A stretch of DNA of 64,000 bases from Macrostomum lignano. Its lineage: Eukaryota. Every line of letters starts with the position of its first letter. Position 1 is the stretch's first letter. Below, piece after piece: positions 34,494-47,299 of this stretch. The translations under genes and the position numbers were made by a program. The stretch spans positions 372,001 through 436,000 of the forward strand of contig NIVC01000303.1 of the NCBI GenBank assembly GCA_002269645.1, written 5' to 3'. Under the pieces are notes generated by a model. It was not told where the DNA came from and did no database searches. It saw nothing but the letters and a program-made list of their open reading frames with translations.

Positions 34494-37400
34494 TCCTGAG
34501 GAGTGTTGGCGCGATTCCTAAGGGGTGTTGGGGGCGACTCCTGAGGAGTGTTGGCGCGATTCCTAAGGGGTGTTGGGGGCGACTCCTGAGGAGTGTTGGC
34601 GCGATTCCTGAGGAGTGTTGGGGGTGATTCCTGAGGAGTGTAGGGGGTGATTCCTGAGGAGTGTTGGGGGTGATTAATGAGGAGTGTTTGGGGTGATTCC
34701 TGAGGAGTGTAGGGGGCGATTCCTGAGGAGTGTAGGGGGCGATTCCTGAGGAGTGTTGGGGCGATTCCTGAGGAGTGTTGGGGGTGATTCCTGAGGAGTG
34801 TTGGGGGCGATTCTTGAGAAGTGTAGGGGGCGATTCCTGAGGAGTGTTGGGGGTGATTCCTGAGGAGTGTAGGGGGTGATTCCTGAGGAGTGTTGGGGGT
34901 GATTAATGAGGAGTTTTTGGGGCGATTCCTGAGGAGTGTTGGGGGCGATTCCTGAGGAGTGTTGGGGTGATTCCTGAGGAGTGTTGGGGGTGATTCCTGA
35001 GGAGTGTTGGGGCGATTCCTAAGGAGTGTTGGGGGTGATTAATGAGGAGTGTTTGGGGTGATTCCTGAGGAGTGTAGGGGGCGATTCCTGAGGAGTGTAG
35101 GGGGCGATTCCTGAGGAGTGTTGGGGGTGATTCCTGAGGAGTGTAGGGGGTGATTCCTGAGGAGTGTTGGGGGTGATTAATGAGGAGTTTTTGGGGCGAT
35201 TCCTGAGGAGTGTTGGGGGCGATTCCTGAGGAGTGTTGGGGGCGATTCCTGAGGAGTGTTGGGGGTGATTCCTGAGGAGTGTTGGGGTGATTAATGAGGA
35301 GTGTTTGGGGTGATTCCTGAGAAGTGTTGGGGGCGATTCCTGAGGAGTGTTGGGGGCGATTCCTGAGGAGTGTTGGGGGTGATTTCTGAGGAGTGTTGGG
35401 GCGATTCCTGAGGAGTGTTGGGGGCGATTCCTGAGGAGTGTTGAGGGTGATTCCTGAGGAGTGTTGGGGTGATTCCTGAGGAGTGTTGGGGAGATTCCTG
35501 AGGAGTGTTGGGGTGATTAATGAGGAGTGTTTGGGGTGATTCCTGAGGAGTGTAGGGGGCGATTCCTGAGGAGTGTAGGGGGCGATTCCTGAGGAGTGTT
35601 GGGGCGATTCCTGAGGAGTGTTGGGGGTGATTCCTGAGGAGTGTTGGGGGCGATTCTTGAGGAGTGTAGGGGGCGATTCCTGAGGAGTGTTGGGGGTGAT
35701 TCCTGAGGAGTGTAGGGGGTGATTCCTGAGGAGTGTTGGGGGTGATTAATGAGGAGTGTTTGGGGTGATTCCTGAGGAGTGTTGGGGCGATTCCTGAGGA
35801 GTGTTGGGGGCGATTCCTGAGGAGTGTTGGGGGCGATTTCTGAGGAGTGTTGGGGGTGATTAATGAGGAGTGTTTGGGGTGATTCCTGAGGAGTGTTGGG
35901 GGTGATTCCTGAGGAGTGTTGGGGTGATTCCTGAGGAGTGTTGGGGCGATTCCTGAGGAGTGTTGGGGGTGATTAATGAGGAGTGTTTGGGGTGATTCCT
36001 GAGGAGTGTTGGGGGCGATTCCTGAGGAGTGTTGGGGGCGATTCCTGAGGAGTGTTGGGGTGATTCCTGAGGAGTGTTGGGGCGATTCCTGAGGAGTGTT
36101 GGGGTGATTAATGAGGAGTGTTTGGGGTGATTCCTGAGGAGTGTTGGGGGCGATTCCTGAGGAGTGTAGGGGGCGATTCCTGAGGAGTGTTTGGGTGATT
36201 CCTGAGGAGTGTTGGGGGTGATTCCTGAGGAGTGTTGGGGGTGATTCCTGAGGAGTGTTGGGGCGATTCCTGAGGAGTGTTGGGGGTGATTAATGAGGAG
36301 TGTTTGGGGTGATTCCTGAGGAGTGTTGAGGCGATTCCTGAGGAGTGTTGGGGGCGATTCCTGAGGAGTGTTGGGGGTGATTCCTGAGGAGTGTTGGGGG
36401 TGATTCCTGAGGAGTGTTGGGGCGATTCCTGAGGAGTGTTGGGGGCGATTCCTGAGGAGTGTTGGGGGATTCCTGAGGAGTGTTGGGGTGATTCCTGAGG
36501 AGTGTTGGGGCGATTCCTGAGGAGTGTTGGGGTGATTAATGAGGAGTGTTTGGGGTGATTCCTGAGGAGTGTTGGGGGCGATTCCTGAGGAGTGTAGGGG
36601 GCGATTCCTGAGGAGTGTTTGGGTGATTCCTGAGGAGTGTTGGGGTGATTCCTGAGGAGTGTTGGGGCGATTCCTGAGGAGTGTTGGGGGTGATTAATGA
36701 GGAGTATTTGGGGTGATTCCTGAGGAGTGTTGGGGGCGATTCCTGAGGAGTGTTGGGGGCGATTCCTGAGGAGTGTTGGGGTGATTCCTGAGGAGTGTTG
36801 GGGCGATTCCTGAGGAGTGTTTGGGTGATTCCTGAGGAGTGTTGGGGGTGATTAATGAGGAGTGTTTGGGGTGATTCCTGAGGAGTGTTGGGGGCGATTC
36901 CTGAGGAGTGTTGGGGGCGATTCCTGAGGAGTGTTGGGGTGATTCCTGAGGAGTGTTGGGGCGATTCCTGAGGAGTGTTGGGGTGATTAATGAGGAGTGT
37001 TTGGGGTGATTCCTGAGGAGTGTTGGGGGCGATTCCTGAGGAGTGTAGGGGGCGATTCCTGAGGAGTGTTTGGGTGATTCCTGAGGAGTGTTGGGGGTGA
37101 TTCCTGAGGAGTGTTGGGGGTGATTCCTGAGGAGTGTTGGGGCGATTCCTGAGGAGTGTTGGGGGTGATTAATGAGGAGTATTTGGGGTGATTCCTGAGG
37201 AGTGTTGGGGGCGATTCCTGAGGAGTGTTGGGGGCGATTCCTGAGGAGTGTTGGGGTGATTCCTGAGGAGTGTTGGGGCGATTCCTGAGGAGTGTTGGGG
37301 GCGATTCCTGAGGAGTGTTGGGGGTGATTCCTGAGGAGTGTTGGGGGTGATTCCTGAGGAGTGTTGGGGCGATTCCTGAGGAGTGTTGGGGTGATTAATG

Positions 37401-37792
37401 AGGAGTGTTTGGGGTGATTCCTGAGGAGTGTTGGGGGCGATTCCTGAGGAGTGTAGGGGGCGATTCCTGAGGAGTGTTTGGGTGATTCCTGAGGAGTGTT
37501 GGGGGTGATTCCTGAGGAGTGTTGGGGCGATTCCTGAGGAGTGTTGGGGGTGATTAATGAGGAGTATTTGGGGTGATTCCTGAGGAGTGTTGGGGGCGAT
37601 TCCTGAGGAGTGTTGGGGGCGATTCCTGAGGAGTGTTGGGGGCGATTCCTGAGGAGTGTTGGGGGTGATTAATGAGGAGTGTTTGGGGTGATTCCTGAGG
37701 AGTGTTGGGGGCGATTCCTGAGGAGTGTTGGGGGCGATTCCTGAGGAGTGTTGGGGTGATTCCTGAGGAGTGTTGGGGTGATTCCTGAGGAG
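34494..37792. repeat. G-rich satellite, 22-23 bp unit (GATTCCTGAGGAGTGTTGGGGGC/T)
   Basis: About 145 copies filling the last CNBD intron. Confidence 0.98.
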
Positions 37793-37830
37793 TTCAGGGC
37801 CGATTTCTGAGTCGCCCAATCAGCACCAAC

Positions 37831-38065
37831 CTGCCCGATTTCCTCGAGCTCCTTATCGCTTAGTTTCACTCCTCCGTTGAGGCCTCTGCGATTCGCTTCA
37901 TCCGCAGCTGCAGCCGCCGCTGCTGCTTCCGCTGCCGCCGCGGCTTCGTCGCCTTCAGTCCGTCCGTCCAGCCGGTTCAGTCGACGTCGGAGCAGGTGCA
38001 GCCTCAGGCGATGGAAGGCGAGGCCGGTGGCCGCCACGCGACGGTCCTGCTCGAGGCCGCTTTCG
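37831..38065 (-). CDS. CNBD-like gene exon (Ala-rich)
   Basis: ccctgacag/GTTGGT; 235 nt, phase 2 to 0, ESGLEQDRRV...KELEEIGQ. Confidence 0.72.
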
Positions 38066-38109
38066 CTGTCAGGGCAGACAGAAGGGAATGAAATTTGGCG
38101 TTTTGTCAA

Positions 38110-38568
38110 AATGTAAACTACCCCGTATCCAATGTAAACTACCCCGCATCCAATGTAAACTACCCCGTATCCAATGTAAACTACCCCGCATCCAATGTAA
38201 ACTACCCCGTATCCAATGTAAACTACCCCGTATCCAATGTAAACTACCCCGTATCCAATGTAAACTACCCCGTATCCAATGTAAACTACCCCGTATCCAA
38301 TGTAAAATACCCCGTATCCAATGTAAACTACCCCGCATCCAATGTAAACTACCCCGCATCCAATGTAAACTACCCCGTATCCAATGTAAAATACCCCGTA
38401 TCCAATGTAAACTACCCCGTATCCAATGTAAACTACCCCGTATCCAATGTAAACTACCCCGTATCCAATGTAAACTACCCCGTATCCAATGTAAACTACC
38501 CCGTATCCAATGTAAACTACCCCGTATCCAATGTAAACTACCCCGTATCCAATGTAAACTACCCCGTA
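38110..38568. repeat. 21-bp minisatellite (AATGTAAACTACCCCGTATCC)
   Basis: About 22 copies, intronic. Confidence 0.97.
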
Positions 38569-38709
38569 TAACAATGGAACTCGATGCATTGCTAATAGGG
38601 CATCTATCTGCTATTTTTAGACGATTAAATCTCGCTGACATTCGCTGATGCATGTAAGTGGATTTAAGCTAAATCAAAATAGCTACAACAGAGCCATAGG
38701 CTTCTCAAC

Positions 38710-38852
38710 CTGTGGTTTCCTGCGGCACCCAGAGCGGCGGCTGCAGCGCTGCCAATCCGCAGACTCCGGACTCGGTCAGCCTGCTGACTGGCTGCCGACT
38801 TCGCTCTGGCAATGAACTCGCCCGTGTCTGTCGGCGAGTAGTGATCGTTCGC
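38710..38852 (-). CDS. CNBD-like gene exon
   Basis: caccgcag/GTTGAG; 143 nt, phase 0 to 2, ANDHYSPTDTGEFIARAK... Confidence 0.7.
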
Positions 38853-38942
38853 CTGCGGTGGGCGGTGAATGCGGACTACTGTGGTACTGCGCTGTGAATA
38901 CTGTGGGGCTTCCCTCAATTACCCCAGCTAATGCTGGCACCC

Positions 38943-40193
38943 AAGGGGGCCGTAGCCCAGCGGTAGCGCAGCTGCTCTGGGGTGCCAGCGACCCAGGCTC
39001 GATTCCAAGTGCAGTCACATTAATTTGGGCAGTGTTAGGCACCGTTAATGAAAATCTTAACTTCCGTTAATAGCAAAAGCGTTAGCGTTAAAACAAAAAA
39101 ATCTTAACTTTTTAACTCCTAATTTCGTTAAGTTAACTGAAAGTTAACTGATAATCGTTAATAAGCGTTAATCCGTTAAAGTTAGCAGAGAAAATACGGA
39201 AATCTTGCACGTTTTTTCCAAAACACACTTCGTAATGCACGTCTCTGCTATTCCATCTTTTTAGCGAAACACAGAGGTCATCTAAGCGATTTGAAAGCTA
39301 AAAAAGTAATAAATAATCATTTTAAAAACTTGCATGCATAATACTACTAAAAGTAAAGCATATGGTAAAAAAAGTAACTTATTTTATTTGAAACTTAAAA
39401 GCTAAGAACGAGAAATTCATAATTAAATACGCATAGGAAGGTTGTTTCAGTACTATTAGCAGGCGCAGCAGAAAGTTGCGAAAGATTGGGACAGAAGTGA
39501 ATCAAAGCGATCGATGCTCACGCGCAAGAAATAAAGTTTCACACTATTTTAATTCATTATTTTAAAGTTTATTTGTAAGAAGTTGTTAATTACATGTACG
39601 TCTGTATGATTATCGTCATAAATAAAGAGATTATATCTAGGCATATAGGTAAGCTCAAATACGTTCGTAATGTTTAAACTTCTTGTAAGACTTCTATTTT
39701 TCGTTCTTTCTTTGCGTCTTTGGTCATTGACATAGACACTACCGTTAACGATGAATTTATCGTTAATTCACAAAATTTTTAACGCAAATTCGTTAATCCG
39801 TTAGTTCAAAAAAATCTTAACGACAGTCGGTTAACGTTAATGAAAAATCTTAACGCTTATTAACGCTTATTAACGGATCAACGCTTATTAACGGACTGGT
39901 GCCCAACACTGAATTTGGGGCTGAATTGGAATCTCGGCTTGGCTCTGCTCGTGCAATTAACGGCCTTGAGAGCCAACCCCCCAAGGCGCAGTGAAGTGTA
40001 CATGCCTAACGATAATATAAAGTTAGGGCCGTTGTACACTCCTGTGTGAGTGTGTGCCTGCGTACGTATCCGCGCGCTTGTATGCCTGCTCAGGGGAGTC
40101 GGCGGAATGGGCAGTAATGCCTCTCGCCGGTTGTGTGTTGATGTCGCTTAAAGTGCGCCAGGGTGCACACAACCCCCGTGCCTCTAATAAAAA
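38943..40193 (+). mobile_element. tRNA-derived SINE family B (~360 bp net), inserted in SINE A
   Basis: 13-bp TSD AATGCTGGCACCC (38930-38942, 40194-40206); head GGGGGCCGTAGCCCAGCGG..GGCTCGATTCC (A/B boxes); A-rich 3' end. Confidence 0.78.
39030..39911. mobile_element. hAT-family non-autonomous element (882 bp), inserted in SINE B
   Basis: TIRs CAGTGTTAGGCACC / GGTGCCCAACACTG; 8-bp TSD AATTTGGG (39022-39029, 39912-39919); subterminal TTAACG/CGTTAA repeats. Confidence 0.88.
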
Positions 40194-40426
40194 AATGCTG
40201 GCACCCGTTTTACAGCTGAATGAACTGAAGCAATGCAAAGTTAAGTGTCTTGCTCAAAGACACAAATTGTTCTGAGTAGGGTTGAGAATCGAACCCCCGA
40301 TCTTTAAGTGGTGAGTCCGATGCTGTAACCACTAGGCTACAACCCTCTGGAATACACTGTGAATACCCACATATGAAAAAGTGAGACAAAAATGGCCCTT
40401 TTAACTTTCTGACGGAGACAACTCAC

Positions 40427-40558
40427 CAGATCCTCATTGTGGGTCTCGGCTGCAAAGATCCAGCCCTGCTTCAACTTGTTTTCATAGTCTTTGTTTGCAA
40501 AGCGATGGTGAATCTCTCTCGAATCGATGGACGAAGTGCTGCTTTTCTGTTTTGCTGT
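40427..40558 (-). CDS. CNBD-like gene exon
   Basis: ctgacag/GTGAGT; 132 nt, phase 0 to 0, TAKQKSSTSSIDSREIHHRFANKDYENKLKQGWIFAAETHNEDL. Confidence 0.75.
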
Positions 40559-40614
40559 CTGTCAGTGAGTCGGATGAGCGATTGTTGGATTAGGTCTTGA
40601 TATTTAAGAGTTCA

Positions 40615-40900
40615 TAAGGCTATGAGTTCATGAGTGAGTTCATGAGAGATTTCATGAGTAAGTTCATGAGAGAGTTCATGAGTGATCTCATGAGGAACTT
40701 CATGAGTGAGTTCATAAGTGAGTTCATGAGGTTATGAGTTAGTGAGAGACCTCATAATTGAATTCTTAGTGATTTTACGAGGTATGAGAAAGTTCATTAG
40801 AGAGTTTATGAGTGAGTTCATGAGTAAGCTCATGAGTAAGATCATGAGTAGGATTATGAGTGAGTTCATGAGTAGGATCATGAGTGAATTCATGAGTGAG
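40615..40900. repeat. Degenerate 12-bp repeat (ATGAGTGAGTTC)
   Basis: Intronic tandem array. Confidence 0.88.
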
Positions 40901-40924
40901 TTGCCAATATCAACAGAGCCCTAC

Positions 40925-41079
40925 CAATAGGAATTGCGTCACAGTGCCTGACAGCACTTTCCGCTTCTGTCCATCGCCGGTGATTTTGGCAGTCCCCATC
41001 GCTGCAGACAGCGGCTTTGTCTCAGCCGTCCTGAGTACGCCAGATCCAGCTGGCGATGCAGTCTGTTGGACAGGACATC
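40925..41079 (-). CDS. CNBD-like gene exon
   Basis: ccgccag/GTAGGG; 155 nt, phase 1 to 0; this is the only open frame and it matches the predicted phase. Confidence 0.7.
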
Positions 41080-41170
41080 CTGGCGGTTTTGTATTGTAAT
41101 ATTTTCCCCATTAAAAAGTTTCTATTTGATAAGGGAGCAATCTACCTACAGCAAATGATAAATTTCTTAC

Positions 41171-41259
41171 TTTTTTGTTTGCCGCTGTTGATTTTGGCTT
41201 GAATTTCGCCTTCAATGAATTCCATATGGCGCTTCTTGAAGGTCACGTTTAGCGACGAG
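41171..41259 (-). CDS. CNBD-like gene exon
   Basis: tttcag/GTAAGA boundaries; 89 nt, phase 2 to 1, SSLNVTFKKRHMEFIEGEIQAKINSGKQK. Confidence 0.75.
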
Positions 41260-41394
41260 CTGAAATACGGGTAGTGAGAATTAAATATGCCGCTTTTGTA
41301 CGAGCGTTCATGGAATTTTTTAAGCTGCTGTCACTTCAAGGTTGACAAACTTATCAGTAACTCACTGAAGAGCAGGGCTTACAGGAACTACTTA

Positions 41395-41870
41395 ATCCCA
41401 GCAACTACCCAATCCCAGCAACTACCCAATCCCAGCAACTACCCAATTTCAGCAACTACCCAATCTCAGCAACTACCGAATCTCAGCAACAACCCAATTT
41501 CAGCAACTACCCAATCTCAGCAACTACCCAATCTCAGCAACTACCCAATCTCAGCAACTACCCAATCTCAGCAACTACCCAATCCCAGCAACTACCCAAT
41601 TTCAGCAACTACCCAATTACAGCAACTACCCAATCTCAGTAACTACCCAATCTCAGCAACTACCGAATCTCAGCAACAACCGAATCTCAGCAACAACTCA
41701 ATTTCAGCAACTACCCAATCTCAGCAACTACCCAATCTCAGCAACTACCCAATCTCAGCAACTACCCAATTTCAGCAACTACCCAATCTCAGCAACTACC
41801 GAATCTCAGCAACAACCCAATTTCAGCAACTACCCAATCTCAGAAACAACCCGATCTCAGCAACCACCCG
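41395..41870. repeat. 17-bp minisatellite (CAGCAACTACCCAATCT)
   Basis: About 27 copies, intronic. Confidence 0.94.
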
Positions 41871-42071
41871 CTAAGCTATAACACACAACTACGCAACAGC
41901 CTACTCAACAAAAACCCTCTTAAAAACAACCCACTCTGAAGCGAACCCCTTAGCAACAAACCACTCACCACCTACGAGCGTAGCAACAACCCTACGAGAA
42001 ACAGCATCACACAGCCTATTTCATTTAGCACTGAGCCGCCAACAGCCGCAGTCCCATCCCAAAGCACTCAC

Positions 42072-42366
42072 GGAGCCGACTGAATCCTCTTGATCCGGCT
42101 GAGTTTCTCTCGCCTACCCTCGACCAGCGAAGCCGCAGTCTCGCACCTGTACGCCTCCCAGGTGCGCACAGCCGATCGACGTTGGCGTAGTTGAGCATCA
42201 GTTGGCACGGTGCCAGCGTGTTCTCGTACGAGTCTGCTCAGATTCTGGCGACCCAGAACGGTGAGCTGGTTGCGGTGCAGCCGGTAGACGGTGACGTGAG
42301 ATTTTGTGCACACAGACAGGCTCGACTCGCAGCCTTGCAGAGGGCTTTCCTCTCCGAACATGTCGC
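42072..42366 (-). CDS. CNBD-like gene exon (completes second cNMP domain)
   Basis: Splices to give FDKG|DMFGEESPLQG...VYRLHRNQL; donor GTGAGT at 42071, phase 2. Confidence 0.85.
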
Positions 42367-42689
42367 CTGAAGTTTCAGGTAATGCAGAAATTTAAAAGCA
42401 AACTCCAAAGCAGGGGGGACGGCAAATTCCGTCCAAGGAAGACTCTCTATCCGACCCTCAGGTCCTTTGGAACTTCACAATAGCAATCTGGCCCACTTGA
42501 TGTATACATGTGTATCTCTTCTCAGCGCCCTCCCTCTCAATTCTCTCTAATCTCCTCTCATGATTCACATAGGATGTACACGAGTCCTATTTGAGTCATG
42601 CACCCTATGTTGCATCCTATGTGGACTGCCACTTTGATTAGCAAGCTAACAAACAAACAAACGAATAGTTCTTCAGAACCCAGTCTCAC

Positions 42690-43606
42690 CTTTGTCAAAA
42701 GTACTCAGAGCAAACGCTTCGGTCTTCTCTTGGCCGTCCTCCTGAAAGCTCAACATCCGGTACGCTTGACACCTGCCGGAGGTGAGAAAGTACAACCAGT
42801 CGTTACGCTCGCCCTGTTTCAGCACCAGCGAGTCGGGACGCAGGTTCTCCTTCACCAGATGGGGCACCAGGGCCTCTTTCTCCGACACTGGCAACTGACT
42901 GAGGAAGTTCCACTCGGCGTTGAGGAAATCGATTGTTTCGTTACGCAGTTGCGCCTCGATGTTGCGCATCAGGGCGTGGAACTTGGCCCGATCGACGCGC
43001 AGCAGCTCGCAATCGGTCTTACAGTACAGCGTCGCCGGCGGTGCCAAATCGCCTTGGTCCTCGTCGCCGTGGCTGAGCAGGCCGAGGTACTCGCCCATGC
43101 CGTGAGTGTACACGATGTTGGGCTGGAACATCTGCTGCGACACCGTCACTCTGTCGTCGTCGTCAGCAGGTGCCGCTGGCTCGTACGTGGCCTCGAGGCT
43201 GCCGTGCAGGATGTAGTAACAGGAGAACTGCTCCTCGTGCGTTCGCTTCTGCAAGTAGTCGAACGCTTTGTACACCTCATGCGTCAGACTGTTGGCGATG
43301 GCCAGTTTCACGTGACTCCTGCCCCGGTGAATCAGGCGCAAGCTGTCAATAATATTTTTCAATACTAGACGTTCGGAGTCGCTCAAGTGGAATTTGTGCT
43401 CCCGTTCCAGCTGCTCGTTTCGCTTCATCACTCGCGCGGCTGTGGCCGTGATAGCAATGCTGCCGACGCCGAAGATTCGTCGGTTGAAGATCGGCGGCCC
43501 CTGACTGTCGCGACCGCCGCTGCGCTGTTTCTCCTCTTCGCGCGCTTTCGCCGTGGCCTCAATGAACGACTTGCGCTCGTTGAGGCGCTGGAGCAGGCCG
43601 AGCATG
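42690..43606 (-). CDS. CNBD1/2-like cyclic nucleotide-binding domain protein, main exon
   Basis: Two cNMP-binding-like domains: FSCYYILHGSL..GMGEYLGLL..LYCKTDCELLRVDRAKF and LVLKQGERNDWLYFLTSGRC. Acceptor ctctataag at 43607, donor GTGAGA at 42689. An upstream exon is unresolved. Confidence 0.85.
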
Positions 43607-46600
43607 CTTATAGAGAGAGACGCTACCTCAGTGACATGACAGTCGCAGCGACAGGCATGTTAGCGATAGCGATCTTTACAGTCAGTGAATGGGGAAGAGA
43701 ACAGGTGCTATAAAGGGGAGCAGGTGGGGTTAGGGCTTCCCTAGCTACTTCAGACTACCTGTTCCCCAAGCTGCTAACTCTTTTTCCCTATCATCGATTT
43801 CAACAAGCAACGCGATAGGCCCGCCATTGGTGGTTCATTCTTGCAGGCGGGCAGGCAATGCGTTGTATAATCCCTCCGCGTGCCATTCAGCATTTCCGTG
43901 TTTCCTTCATCTCGCTCCCACAACCATCTCTTGCCTAAAGCTCTGCCTCCCGCCCCCGTCTTCAGCTCCTCTGCTCCCATTCCCCTCATTACCAGTATAG
44001 ACTTGCAACAGAAGCCGGGAGAAACAGAGAGAGACAGAGAGACAGAGAAAAAAGATCCTGCATTTTGGGTCGCGGGCACGCGTGCTCAGGGGGAGTTGGC
44101 TGTGGGTCCCTGCAGCAACTCCAAAATAGCCTCTCATACCGGACAGCGACCGCGCGTGGAGTGAGGGGGGGAATTGTGCGCGACTGCAGAGTGCGGCAAT
44201 AATCTTGAGCACTTGTTGTCATTAGCGACCGTATTGAATTGTTTTTGTGTTTCCTTCTGCGAGGAGGCAAAAACAGACAGGGGAAAGAGAGCTAGGAGAA
44301 AAAACTGTCTGTACCAATACTGACTGACTAGTAGCTGTCCAATTCACAATGCCCTGCATGCATTTTTCACTTCTAATTTCCTGCAGCTCAAAATTTGACA
44401 ATCCCCACGAAACTTGCTGCATGCTACTTAAGTAAAAACGTTTTTGTTGGTTTTGACGTCTACGAGTACATGTAATTAAATTTCGCGTCTATGAATACAA
44501 AGAAATACCAGTTAGTATACGAGTGAAATTGTGACAGCAGTGCCTCAGATGACTTATTCTGATTTTTATCAATGACAAATCTATAGGCTTGCATTCACGC
44601 AGGATGCGGACAGCCAAAAACTGAAAAGCAAACTATAGATCACAATCTCAACGCAATCCTCAAGTCGACAGCTGGCGTCTCGATCAGCAATTGCAGGCAG
44701 TCGACGAAAAGTCCTCGCCGATAGTCATCAGCAGCATCTGAAGTGACCGCGATGGTGCAACAGATGGTGACAGATTGCTTGGATTGATAGAGTCCTTACA
44801 TGTCCTCTGCAGCAAGTTACAAACCCATGAATTTGTGCGCAAGAGCCAAAATGAATTGCGCTTCGATCGTGATTACATATTTCTAAACGCAATACCGATC
44901 AGACATTGCGCCTGCGTCATCAGCACTAAAAATGTTAAAAGTACATTCATACTGTTATACATACCCCTACCCTACACAGGCGCCATGTTCTAGTGCATGT
45001 ATAACCTTAGTCATCATCTGTATATCCTGCATCTTCAAATAATCTTCAAAAGTCCCCAAAAATTAGGGAAAATTGTGTCTTATACCTATGTATCTTAGAG
45101 GGAAACCTTTCCGAATCTGCTCAAACGATTACGTCATCCGTTTTTGTAGTGGGTTTTGCACCATCGTTGGAAGCTCAACTGATGTGATTGCGTGTTTCCC
45201 TCAGATTTTGTAATACTGCGAGGGCACCCCTTGCACAACGCCTTCGGTAAGACATGTACACTCTCTGTGCCTTGGGGGGGGGGGGTGGCCCTCATGGCTT
45301 TGAATTCCACGACAAATCCCCGAATAATATAAAATTACGCTCGTAAATGCTGACAAATTTCTGACAAAGTTATCCGGCCAGTTGTGTAACATACTTGCAT
45401 CCATTTTTTTATTTTGGCCGAAAGTACGAGACAAGCTCAGCAAGTCGTGCGGCACCCGCTGCCCGCTCAGTTACTACTGTTTATTTCTTATCCTTGTTCT
45501 GAGGTTCTAAAATCACTACACAGATTATATCAGTCAATCAAAAAAGACAGATCAGATTTGAAAAAAAATACAACTATCAAGAAAAAAGTTCATTGAAATA
45601 GGTCGCAGATAGCGCTACCAGACGCGTGTAAAAAACTGTGGAGAAACTGACATCCGAATGCAGAGATGTATTTACAGATTAACAATCAGTAAAAAAAAAT
45701 CATAATAGTTTATATAATTAAACAATAAAATTATAAACTCGATTACTAATCAATCAAAATTCAACAAGAAAAAGTTGATTGATTAGTAATTATAGTAAAG
45801 TTATACGGCCAAAAATATTAGAAATAATGCTACTGCAGTACTGCCTAATAAAATAGACCCTAATAAAGTAGACTTGTTCATTCATACGCGGGCAGTAGGT
45901 ACAAAATGAACGGACAATAAACCATACTGCAAACTACTGATATAATTCTCAAGGACCTACTCAAGTAGTAGGACGGGAGACAACGTTTTTGGAAAGTTTT
46001 AGAAGGCAGATTTTAATGCTTCGCCATACCTATCGCTCGATTGATATTCGTAGAGCTTTTTGTATAGAAAATTAGGATGCTATTGTATACGTCAATTCTA
46101 TTCACTACGTACAATCGCACATGTGAATTTCTATGCCTAAAAATCGTAAAAAAGGCACAACACAAGTCGACTCATAGGTTTTATGAACCGATGTTATGTG
46201 ACACAGTCAATAAGCTTATAATGATAAAATAGGTTCATGAAAACCCGTGTCGAGCTCCGCTATTTTTTAAAGGTTTCTAGGTACAGGACATGAACGTCTG
46301 ATGCAATAATAAAATTGTAGAATCCTAATTTTCTTAAACAAAAAGCTCTATGAATATCAATAGAGCTATAAGAAAGTTTTTTTGTTATTTTCTAGCTTAA
46401 GAATGTGACTTTTTGACGATGTGAAATTTCGAGCTTGTGAAGTTTTTTCATTGTTTATATGACGCGACCAGTTTTTTGCCTTAATCTAACAAGAAACAGT
46501 TAATTTGCACGAGTTATTTTGATAGAAAAAGAAACAAAGGTGGCACAACGATTGTACTATAATTGCATCAGTAAATTTTCATAACTTGATTTCGCATTAA

Positions 46601-47299
46601 GCACAGTTATTAATTCAGGGCCTAAATCTTGGCCAGAATAAAATTTGTAAAAGCGTACACCAAGTACTTCGAATGCGTACTTTGACACTTGATGATAAAA
46701 AGTGTTTAAAAAAACTTGGCAGCTACAAATTAAATGTCTACTCCAAATAACAACGCAGCGTCTTGTACTCTAAAAAAGTAATATTATCGGATAATAACGC
46801 AAAACGCAAACGAATATCAGAGCTTTTAGCAAACGAATTAATACATTTTTGTAAGTATCTGTGACAATGCAAATAATGCAACAGTTTTCAAAAAGAACAA
46901 CATACATAATTAAAACTACTTATTTTAGACAACTAGGAAAATTTTTTAAAAAGCAGACATGATTAAAATTAAATCAATTACAATTATTGCTAAAAATTTG
47001 TTGGCTTACCAAAGAGTTCAACACCTGCTTGACGAATTTGAGAAAAGCTTACACATTTGTTAGTTATTTAGAGATTGCATAATAAGTACACAACATAAAG
47101 TTTCTCGCAAGCGAAGCAAAAATTTTATGCATTGATTTTAAGTAACATGGAATGCATTCGATCCTGCTCACTGATTCAACTCCTACCAGGTAGATATTTA
47201 GCTTGTCTGTCGCAATGGATCTGCAAATCAAGTCAGGATTGGTATTTGCATCTAATTGTATATACAGCTAATAAACAGCAACTAAAGTGACTCATCAAC

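Larger units (their letters stand above)
38912..40344 (-). mobile_element. SINE family A copy, interrupted by nested insertions
   Basis: 38912-38942 and 40194-40344 are colinear with the intact copy at 14034-14199; A-box TAGCCTAGTGG and B-box GGTTCGATTC on the minus strand. Confidence 0.75.

Noticed and set aside
37169-38653. Long repetitive ORFs (GVVYIGY, WIRGSLH, CKLPRIQ, PQESP)
   Set aside because: Frames of the 21- and 23-bp arrays; only 37831-38065 is accepted as an exon
38943-39020. tRNA gene
   Set aside because: A/B boxes are present but the acceptor and anticodon stems are poor; it is the head of a SINE with TSD and A-tail
42598-43713. Plus-strand ORFs of 256 and 108 aa
   Set aside because: Antisense shadows of the CNBD coding exon
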